From positions 10,152-74,151 of the forward strand of contig QQSK01000013.1 in NCBI GenBank assembly GCA_003602415.1: DNA of 64,000 bases, written 5' to 3'. The position numbers and the translations under genes are program-made. Below, piece after piece: positions 56,920 to 64,000 of this stretch. The notes below the pieces were generated by a model, which saw only the letters and a program-made list of their open reading frames with translations, was not told the DNA's origin and made no database searches. The stretch comes from Candidatus Poseidoniales archaeon. GTDB taxonomy: Archaea > Thermoplasmatota > Poseidoniia > Poseidoniales > Poseidoniaceae. Each line of letters begins with the position of its first letter. Position 1 is the first letter of the stretch.

Positions 56920-57297
56920 TCACTGGAGGAATTGTGCAAGTTGAGGAGGTTGCCATCCTTCTGGCTTCAGAACCTTTCCATCATCTCTTCGAATGACTTT
57001 TCCATCGACAAGTTTGGCCATGTTGGACCTATGGACTTCATTGAAAGCATCGTCATAGATGTCTTGCATTCCATGATTGATTATCGTTCCAGCAAGGATG
57101 TATCCTATGTCTGCTAATGCGTCCAAAACTTCGACTAAATCTCCGGCCCTAGCCGCTTCAGCATACTCTTGAACTTCTTCAGTTAGCAATTTAATTCTCA
57201 ATTCAATCAACTCATCCGGTCCTAATCCTGGGCTTTCTAGACGAGGGATTTCGAAGGCTTGATTGAATTCTAGCAATGACTTCACTATTGGATTCAT
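56920..57297 (-). CDS. MazG-like/PRA-PH family nucleoside triphosphate pyrophosphohydrolase
   Basis: LLTEEVQEY, EVLDALADIGY, EVHRSNMAK, RDDGKVLKP. Start at MNPIV (57297); the longer ORF overlaps ubiA. Confidence 0.88.
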   Translation of the reverse strand: MNPIVKSLLEFNQAFEIPRLESPGLGPDELIELRIKLLTEEVQEYAEAARAGDLVEVLDALADIGYILAGTIINHGMQDIYDDAFNEVHRSNMAKLVDGKVIRRDDGKVLKPEGWQPPQLAQFLQ

Positions 57298-57320
57298 AGT
57301 GTAAGGGGGTGCTCGCCGCT

Positions 57321-58127
57321 CTATGAAAGTTGCATTGCCATTAGGAGAATCCATCCGGTGGCAGCGTGTGAACGGAACCACCAATTCTGGAACTGAGAAC
57401 CGGATGCTACCAAAACGCCAACAACCAAGGCCAGTGAGGCGACTGTACCGATCACGGAAATGGTTGAGAATGCAAAAGCCCATACCGGAATCGAAAGCAA
57501 CATCACAGTCATTGTGACAGGTGGTTGGAATCTAGCAGGGAATGAATTTACTCCGTTTTCCCTATCGCTATCTATGTCCATTTGTGCATAACCCAAATCG
57601 AATGCAGCGATCCATACCAAAACTCCTAGAGATACGAGCATTAAATCTGGATACCAGGAATTTGATGAAATCTCTCCGGTGATTGCTACCCATGCACCTG
57701 CAGGCGCTAAAGCAAGACAACCACCTAGCCACCAATGACAAAGCCAAGTGAATCTTTTGAGGTACGGATAAATCACAAATGCTGCGACAGGAATCGGTGA
57801 CAAGTACAAGCAGAGAGGATTTAGCATCCATGCTCCTCCAACTAACATAATTAAGAAAATAGCACAAAGACTCCAAGCGGTTTGAAGAGACATAGTGCCG
57901 GATGCAAGATGTCTTCCAGCAGTCCTTGGGTTTGCAGCATCGATATCTCTATCGATAATACGATTCAATCCCATAGCCAACCCCCTAGCTCCAACAGCAG
58001 CAATCATTATCCAGGTCAATTGGAGAATAGTTGGATCTCCTGCCATGTACGCGCCAATGAATACAAATGGTAGGCTGAATAAAGTATGCTCAATCTTGAC
58101 GAATGATGCTACTTGTTTCAAGTCCAT
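57321..58127 (-). CDS. ubiA: UbiA-family prenyltransferase (MqnP-like)
   Basis: KIEHTLFSLPF, NRIIDRDIDAANPRTAGR, YPYLKRFT, FDLGYAQMDIDSDRENG. Confidence 0.92.
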   Translation of the reverse strand: MDLKQVASFVKIEHTLFSLPFVFIGAYMAGDPTILQLTWIMIAAVGARGLAMGLNRIIDRDIDAANPRTAGRHLASGTMSLQTAWSLCAIFLIMLVGGAWMLNPLCLYLSPIPVAAFVIYPYLKRFTWLCHWWLGGCLALAPAGAWVAITGEISSNSWYPDLMLVSLGVLVWIAAFDLGYAQMDIDSDRENGVNSFPARFQPPVTMTVMLLSIPVWAFAFSTISVIGTVASLALVVGVLVASGSQFQNWWFRSHAATGWILLMAMQLS

Positions 58128-60103
58128 TACATCACCAAATTATTCGGCCAAGGCGGCAAATCAAATCTCTCGATTGATTGCAAAGTCTCTGGGTCGTGCA
58201 TAGTAATTGCTGGCCAACGTCTTACAGGAGTTGGTCCATCATTAGATGGGATTGGTGTTGTTGCATCCCAGAAAATTCTACCATCTTCGACGATGAAATC
58301 TCTCTCAACAGCGAACCTTGAAGTGAGTTGCCAAAGCAGTCTGCGATTGGCTCCCTCGCCGTGTAAATCAAGGTCATTATCGGTAACAAATAACCATCGT
58401 AATTCATTTTTGGAGTCCAATTGCCAAATTGAATTTCTCAATTGGTTTATTTTCTCTCTTTGGGCCTTTGCATCTTCCTCATTTGGCCATTGTGCACCAG
58501 TTCTTGGTTCTGGTCTTCCTTGTATGTCTGTAGTTACAACGAGCATTGATTTTCGAAGCAATAAACAATCTTCAACATCTTCAAGTTTTGATATTTCCGA
58601 GAGTAGTGAATCACTAATTCCGGGGACCTCAGCTTCTCCCTTTCTCCAGGGAGGACACTCATCGATAGAAGAGCCTTCCAATGGCGTTCCGCTACGAGGA
58701 TCCGCCGGCACCAATTTGGTGGCATCGATGATTAACTTCGAATGTACATTTTCAAATGTAGATGCGGGTTCAAGTGAATCACTAACCATTCCATCGATTA
58801 TTGTGATGTCACTATTGGGATCTACTCTATCATTGAGAGCATCAAGTAATGCTTCTAAATCTCCAGGCTTATCATCGGTAGCGATTAAGATCTTCAAGAA
58901 CATCATTTGACCAGCGCCTAGAAGTCCCAAACAGGTTTTGCGAGCTTGTCTTGGATATCGCTGCTTACTTTTGACGATGGCTAAATTGTGGAAGCCGGTC
59001 TCAAGTGGTAAATGCAAGTCAAGAACGTCTCTGTGTTGGAATGACAGAATCGGTCTGAATTGCTTACCAATAGCCTCTCCCAAATATCCATCTTCCATAG
59101 GAGGTTGACCTACGATGGTTGCGGGAAGAACAGCGTTTTTCCTTCTGGTTATCGCAGTGACATTCAGTACTGGGTATTGGCCGGTAAGAGAATAGAATCC
59201 AAAATGGTCTCCAAAAGGACCTTCAGTTCTAGTTTGGGTTGCATCGACCCATCCTTCAATTACAATATCTGCATCTGCAGGTACCAACAAATCTTGAGTT
59301 AGCGCTTTTGTAATCCTTAGTCTTCTTTTACCTAAGAATCCGGCAAACATGTATTCCTCTAAATTATCTGGCAGTGGCGCGATTGCAGAGAAGATGAGTT
59401 CTGGAGGGCCTCCAATACAAATGGCAACGGGCATTTTTCCATCAGGCCAGGCGGCAGCATGGTCTGCTCCATGTTTGTGAATTTGCCAATGAAGGCCCAC
59501 TTCTTTGGGACCGTAAATTTGACTACGATACATGCCCAAGTTGTGTTCTCCTGATTTTGGGTCTTTGGTCACAACTAATGGTAAGGTGATATATCTGCCA
59601 CCGTCCATTGGCCAGGTTTTGGGGATTGGTAATTTTGTGACGTCAGTTTCCATTTTTACACGTTGGCATGAACCTTTCCTGACCCTTTTAGGAGGCATAG
59701 AAATGGCGTCTCTGAGTAGTGGCAATCCAGTCCAAGGCCTCTTCACAATTCCTCCGATATCAGGTTTCATCAATGCAACCAATCTATCACCGACTTCTGT
59801 TGAATGAGATGCTCCAAGTGCACGCAGAGTTCGATCATGAGATCCAAACAGATTCATTGCAAGAGGTATTTCACTGATGTCACCGTTTGGAAGGCGTGGT
59901 TTTTCAAAAATTACGGCCGGTCCGCCAGTTTTCACTAACTTGTCCGCAATGGCTCCGGCCTCAAGTTCTACGTCTACGGGTTCTTCGATGCGTAGTAACT
60001 CGCCATTCTTCTCCAAATGTGCGAGCCAGCGCGTCAGATTTACCCAGGCCATGCCTATTCCTGTGATATCTGCTTCATGAATACTTGTTCTCTGCCGACT
60101 CAT
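58127..60103 (-). CDS. ubiD: UbiD-family decarboxylase (menaquinone-pathway MqnL-like)
   Basis: WPMDGGRYIT, NLGMYR, HWQIHKHG, EGPFGDHFGFY, VGQPPMED. Overlaps the ubiA start. Confidence 0.92.
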   Translation of the reverse strand: MSRQRTSIHEADITGIGMAWVNLTRWLAHLEKNGELLRIEEPVDVELEAGAIADKLVKTGGPAVIFEKPRLPNGDISEIPLAMNLFGSHDRTLRALGASHSTEVGDRLVALMKPDIGGIVKRPWTGLPLLRDAISMPPKRVRKGSCQRVKMETDVTKLPIPKTWPMDGGRYITLPLVVTKDPKSGEHNLGMYRSQIYGPKEVGLHWQIHKHGADHAAAWPDGKMPVAICIGGPPELIFSAIAPLPDNLEEYMFAGFLGKRRLRITKALTQDLLVPADADIVIEGWVDATQTRTEGPFGDHFGFYSLTGQYPVLNVTAITRRKNAVLPATIVGQPPMEDGYLGEAIGKQFRPILSFQHRDVLDLHLPLETGFHNLAIVKSKQRYPRQARKTCLGLLGAGQMMFLKILIATDDKPGDLEALLDALNDRVDPNSDITIIDGMVSDSLEPASTFENVHSKLIIDATKLVPADPRSGTPLEGSSIDECPPWRKGEAEVPGISDSLLSEISKLEDVEDCLLLRKSMLVVTTDIQGRPEPRTGAQWPNEEDAKAQREKINQLRNSIWQLDSKNELRWLFVTDNDLDLHGEGANRRLLWQLTSRFAVERDFIVEDGRIFWDATTPIPSNDGPTPVRRWPAITMHDPETLQSIERFDLPPWPNNLVM

Positions 60104-60112
60104 TCAAGTCCC

Positions 60113-60131
60113 GCCTCCCCTACGGGGAGGC
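60113..60131. repeat. GC-rich triloop palindrome (copy 4)
   Basis: GCCTCCCC-TAC-GGGGAGGC fills most of the 28-nt gap between ubiD and the reductase, ending directly before the ATG at 60132. Confidence 0.7.
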
Positions 60132-61358
60132 ATGGCGAGTTGCGATGTTCTGGTTATCGGGGCTGGGCCCGGGGGAGGTTCAGCCGCCCTTCATTCAGCA
60201 AGGTCTGGCCTCAGTACAATGATAGTTGAAGCAGACCCGGAGGTAGGGGTGCCGGTTCATTGTGGCGAATGTTTGTCACAGATGGCTATCGATAATCTGG
60301 ATCTAGATTTACCCGAGCACGTTGTAGCCCTTGATTGCAAGGGTATACGGGTAATTTTCCCTGACGGTACTGCAAAACTATTGACGGAGAAAGGATATGT
60401 TTTGGAGAAGCATAAGTTCGAACAATGGTTGTGTGATGAAGCTGTAAATCAAGGTGCAAGTTTGCACTTATCACACAAGGTTACTTCTATGGAAAGAATT
60501 TACAATAGCGAAAATCAATTTGTCAATTGGAAAATAGACGGTAAAGGAAATGAATTTCCAATTGAATGTAAAGCGGTTATTGACGCTTCTGGAGTCACAG
60601 GAGCAGCCACAAAATTACTCGATATGGGTACTGAAGTAGAAGTGATTGCAGGGTTCCAATATGAAATGACGGATGTTGAAAATGACGGTTATCTGGACTT
60701 TTATTTGTGGCCAGAATATTCACCTCATGGATATGTATGGATGATACCTAAGAAAGGTGAAAGAGCGAATGTTGGTTTGGTGACAACCGACAAAAAAGGA
60801 GCGATAAAATATCTCGACAAATTTGTTGAAGATACTTACCTGAAAGGCAAGGGAATCCAGAACCCAGAATGGCGAAAGCCTGGAGTCAAACCAAGACCAT
60901 TTGGAGGGACTATTCCAATTTCAGGGCCTCGTGAAATCACAACGGGAGATGGACTAATTCTTGTTGGTGACGCTGCTGGCTTTACTTCTCCATTATTCGA
61001 AGGAGGCTCTCATCTGGCATTGTGGTCTGGAAGACAAGCCGCATTGACAATTGCTGCTGCAATCGAAGAAGGCGACTTATCCGATTCTAGAATGCAAAGT
61101 TATGTCAAAGCCTGGAAGAAACGATTCCCTCCTTACCACAAAATACTGAAGGGCAAAACATCGCTTTATGATTTGAGCGATCAGGAGTTGTCAAACATGG
61201 CACATTGTCTTCCAGAAGAGCTAGGCTCCATGTCTGTGCTCGATAAGATTTGGATTGGCCTGAAAATTTTGGTTAAACATCCATTCCTCTACACCAAAGG
61301 CGTGATTAGTGTACTACTTTCATTCGGTTACTCAAGGGCTAAGCATTTCGGTTGGTGA
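60132..61358 (+). CDS. Geranylgeranyl reductase family FAD oxidoreductase
   Basis: GAGPGG, CGEC, DASG, PHGYVWMIP (PxxYxWxxP-like), NVG, VGDAAG..SPLFEGG. Confidence 0.88.
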   Translation: MASCDVLVIGAGPGGGSAALHSARSGLSTMIVEADPEVGVPVHCGECLSQMAIDNLDLDLPEHVVALDCKGIRVIFPDGTAKLLTEKGYVLEKHKFEQWLCDEAVNQGASLHLSHKVTSMERIYNSENQFVNWKIDGKGNEFPIECKAVIDASGVTGAATKLLDMGTEVEVIAGFQYEMTDVENDGYLDFYLWPEYSPHGYVWMIPKKGERANVGLVTTDKKGAIKYLDKFVEDTYLKGKGIQNPEWRKPGVKPRPFGGTIPISGPREITTGDGLILVGDAAGFTSPLFEGGSHLALWSGRQAALTIAAAIEEGDLSDSRMQSYVKAWKKRFPPYHKILKGKTSLYDLSDQELSNMAHCLPEELGSMSVLDKIWIGLKILVKHPFLYTKGVISVLLSFGYSRAKHFGW

Positions 61359-61362
61359 ATTA

Positions 61363-63669
61363 ATGGAATCTTTGTTGATGCCATTGGCTGTTTTTGTTGC
61401 AGCATGGGTCACATTCCGTCCGGATGCTAGATTCACATGGATTCTAGCATTACCATTCTTAGTTCTTGCAATGATGTTTACAATGAATTATGATTCGATT
61501 CATTTGGTTGCTTGGTATGGAGGAGAAGAATTACCTCTAAGATACAGGTTTGCAGCAACTTGGGCAGCAAGAGAAGGTCCAATTTTACTCTGGGTAGCAT
61601 GGATGGCATTGTTGTCAATTATTTGGAGAAAACCACTGCAAGAAGAATCTCCAGATGCTCATTTATTCAGATTAAGACTGATGAACGGGTTTGCACTAAC
61701 CTTGCTGTTAGTAGCTTGGATATTGCAGCCCTTCAAAGCAGCAGAAGGTAGAGGTCCTGGGCTCAATGAGTTATTACAGACCGACTTGATGGTCATTCAT
61801 CCTCCCCTAATTTTCCTTGCATACTCACTTTGTCTGACTCTGACTTTTATTGCAATTTCTTCAATTTTCACAAATTTTGATGGAATCAAGAAACGTTTGA
61901 TACAAGTCGCAAGACCTGCATTCTTCTTCTCAACATTAGGTATCGGATTAGGTGGTCTATGGGCGTATTTGATACTGGATTGGGGGGGATATTGGGCTTG
62001 GGACCCAGTTGAAACCGGCTCACTGCTACCATGGATCTGCTTAGTGATGTTACTACATCTCCGAACTAGGCCTGGCAAAACCTCAGACCATATGTGGGCT
62101 GGAGTTGCAATGGCATGCGGTGCCCTTGCATTATTCGCCACGATGGTTACTAGAGCAGGTGGTGTATGGGCGGTTAGCGTCCATACATTCGTAGTAAATT
62201 CAGCAGGAACACCTCCAAATGATGTATTTGGGAGGATGATGGTCATACTTTCAGATATCAGCGGGATAGAAGTGATGGTTTATCTGCTCGGAATTATTCA
62301 ACTAATCGGAATTTTCCTTGCATCCAGACTTGGTTTTGAGTTCTCAAAATATTGGTTATTTTTACTTCCAATAACTGCAGTATTAGGGGTTATTGGAGGA
62401 GGAGATGTCTTGGATGGTATCCCTCCAACCTTGTTGGTGGTTATCGCTTTAGGTCCATTTGTAGAATCGGGGATCAAGTCATTGCCCGAGGGTCATGATT
62501 GGATTTGGTTTGCTATTCCTGCAGTAATGGTTGCTCTCAGATTTATACACGGTATGGTATTGTTTGAATTGCTATCTTTGCTCTTCGCCTTTGGATTAAT
62601 TTTCGAAGAAGACAGATTCAAAGCATGGGGTTGGGCTACAGCAGGAATTACATTGTTCCTTGCAGCATCTTGGTCTGGAATGTTAGATATTTGGATATGC
62701 GCAATCGGCATGTTAGCTTTCATCTCTCCGTGGTTCTTTGTCGAAGAATCAGAAGATAGCAAATTTTCATTCAAAGAGAGAAAGTTTCAGCAAAGAATTG
62801 CTCTATGGACTCCGGTTGTAGCTGTCGGATTGTATCTAATTCTGACTCTTGTAATCTTAATGTCAAGTATAGATTCAATTCAATTTGCAGCGCATGAATT
62901 GTATGGCGCCCCATTCCTAGCAGCGATGATGTTTGGTTTAGTCATGTGGAGCATGCGTAAGAACCCAACTAGGGTATTCTACCTGATGTTGTCTTTGCCA
63001 CTTATTCTGATATTTGCTTGGCTCTTTGGTAATTCATTAGGATATGATTCGACAGATATTCTGGGTGCTTCATTGAGCCGAGGACAAATAGGCATGGTAG
63101 TTTTAATTCCAGCCCTATTGGCTTTACCTGCAACGATTTCTTTGGTGAAAGAAAATACAGGAAAGAATCAGATTTCGATGTTGGCTCACCTGATACACTT
63201 AGGGTTGGTATTGATGATTATCGGGCATGTCATGAGTACGACAATCATCGACAGAGGGACATTTTCTCACAGTGTAACTCTGATTAAAGATGAGAAGGTC
63301 GAATGGGAAGGTTATGAATTTGAATTTGTTGAAGTAGTGACCGAAACAGATGATCTGGAAGTCGGTGATGGCTATCTTGGTGCCGTAATCAATGTGTATG
63401 AAGATGGTGAGTTAATCGAAACCGTTGAACCAGGTGTGATTAGGTTCGATACTCGTTCACGCTCAGAAGTCGACAGAGTCAGTATGTGGCATGGAGATTT
63501 GGTTTTGATTATGGATGGCACTCAAGCCCGCTCTTTGATGGAGGGTAGTGATTTGGTTAGAATCATGGTTTACGATTTGCCAGGAATACATCTAGTGTGG
63601 GGTGGTTGGACTCTCATGTTATTGTCTAGTTTGTCAATTTGGATTAACCGTGGAGACCCAACTGATTGA
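61363..63669 (+). CDS. ccmF: Cytochrome c maturation heme lyase CcmF-like
   Basis: WAAREG, GLNELLQ..MVIHPP, WAY..LDWGGYWAWDPVE (WWD motif), SVHTF, HLG. A GGTGA RBS precedes 61363. Confidence 0.88.
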   Translation: MESLLMPLAVFVAAWVTFRPDARFTWILALPFLVLAMMFTMNYDSIHLVAWYGGEELPLRYRFAATWAAREGPILLWVAWMALLSIIWRKPLQEESPDAHLFRLRLMNGFALTLLLVAWILQPFKAAEGRGPGLNELLQTDLMVIHPPLIFLAYSLCLTLTFIAISSIFTNFDGIKKRLIQVARPAFFFSTLGIGLGGLWAYLILDWGGYWAWDPVETGSLLPWICLVMLLHLRTRPGKTSDHMWAGVAMACGALALFATMVTRAGGVWAVSVHTFVVNSAGTPPNDVFGRMMVILSDISGIEVMVYLLGIIQLIGIFLASRLGFEFSKYWLFLLPITAVLGVIGGGDVLDGIPPTLLVVIALGPFVESGIKSLPEGHDWIWFAIPAVMVALRFIHGMVLFELLSLLFAFGLIFEEDRFKAWGWATAGITLFLAASWSGMLDIWICAIGMLAFISPWFFVEESEDSKFSFKERKFQQRIALWTPVVAVGLYLILTLVILMSSIDSIQFAAHELYGAPFLAAMMFGLVMWSMRKNPTRVFYLMLSLPLILIFAWLFGNSLGYDSTDILGASLSRGQIGMVVLIPALLALPATISLVKENTGKNQISMLAHLIHLGLVLMIIGHVMSTTIIDRGTFSHSVTLIKDEKVEWEGYEFEFVEVVTETDDLEVGDGYLGAVINVYEDGELIETVEPGVIRFDTRSRSEVDRVSMWHGDLVLIMDGTQARSLMEGSDLVRIMVYDLPGIHLVWGGWTLMLLSSLSIWINRGDPTD

Positions 63670-63694
63670 AATAGGGACGGTTGGTCGCCGAATT

Positions 63695-63709
63695 GCCCCC
63701 GTAGGGGGC
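63695..63709. repeat. GC-rich triloop palindrome (copy 5)
   Basis: GCCCCC-GTA-GGGGGC, directly before the AGGTGA RBS of the FKBP gene. Confidence 0.65.
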
Positions 63710-63724
63710 GATAGGTGAAATACC

Positions 63725-64000
63725 ATGGAAGAAGGAACAATTGTCCATGTCGAATATGATTTGTATAACGCAGATTCAGGCGATTTGATTGAAACTACTA
63801 GAGAAGACGTCGCAAAGGAGCATGATATGCACCAAGAGGGTCGCAGTTACACTCCTTTGGTTTGTGTTGTAGGTGCTGGAAACTTAATTTCAGGATTTGA
63901 AGCAAGCCTTTTGGAAGCTAAAGCTGACAAGGATATTTCCCTAGAAATTGCACCTGCTGATGCATATGGTGAGAAAGACCCTGACCAAATCGAGACAATT
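63725..64000 (+). CDS. slyD: FKBP-type peptidyl-prolyl isomerase (SlyD-like), 3'-truncated; absent from the ORF track
   Basis: Manual translation: MEEGTIVHVEYDLYNADSGDLIETT...PLVCVVGAGNLISGFEASL...LEIAPADAYGEKDP. AGGTGA RBS. Confidence 0.9.
   Translation, partial: MEEGTIVHVEYDLYNADSGDLIETTREDVAKEHDMHQEGRSYTPLVCVVGAGNLISGFEASLLEAKADKDISLEIAPADAYGEKDPDQIETI

Noticed and set aside
57298..57483. N-terminal extension of the MazG-like ORF
   Set aside because: Overlaps the ubiA 3' end in another frame; family similarity starts at MNPIV.
58113..58910. 265-aa plus-strand ORF
   Set aside because: Antisense shadow of ubiD, Ser-rich, with no motifs or RBS.
4817..63709. CRISPR array or MITE interpretation of the GC palindromes
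   Set aside because: Copies are isolated, 13-19 nt long and kilobases apart, with no spacers, cas genes, target-site duplications or transposase.

Overview
A gene-dense archaeal chromosomal segment, most consistent with Marine Group II Euryarchaeota (Poseidoniales, Thermoplasmatota). This placement is inferred from the mix of archaeal genes (Cdc48/VAT, Hjc, deoxyhypusine synthase, MC1, Lhr, presenilin homologue, DacZ-type cyclase, geranylgeranyl reductase), bacterial-type genes (UvrB, actinobacterial-type Sdh1, UbiA/UbiD, FolC), GGTGA/GGAGG ribosome-binding motifs, and giant acidic membrane-anchored surface proteins. About 46 CDS are supported; the first and last run off the window edges. No rRNA, tRNA, CRISPR array or transposase was seen. 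The most notable leads are: (i) an operon of a stand-alone Roadblock/LC7 gene plus a 1044-aa Roadblock/PATAN-like/coiled-coil protein, with no GTPase in the window; (ii) a dispersed family of GC-rich palindromes with a 3-nt loop, placed just upstream of gene starts; (iii) a macrodomain-diadenylate cyclase pair abutting an RNase H-fold nuclease and Hjc; (iv) a presenilin homologue with a ~400-aa inserted acidic domain; (v) a TIGR03790-like protein with nested glycan-binding insertions; and (vi) a two-gene islet flanked by a degenerate copy of the sdhB 3' end. All family calls come from motif recognition by eye, not from database searches.
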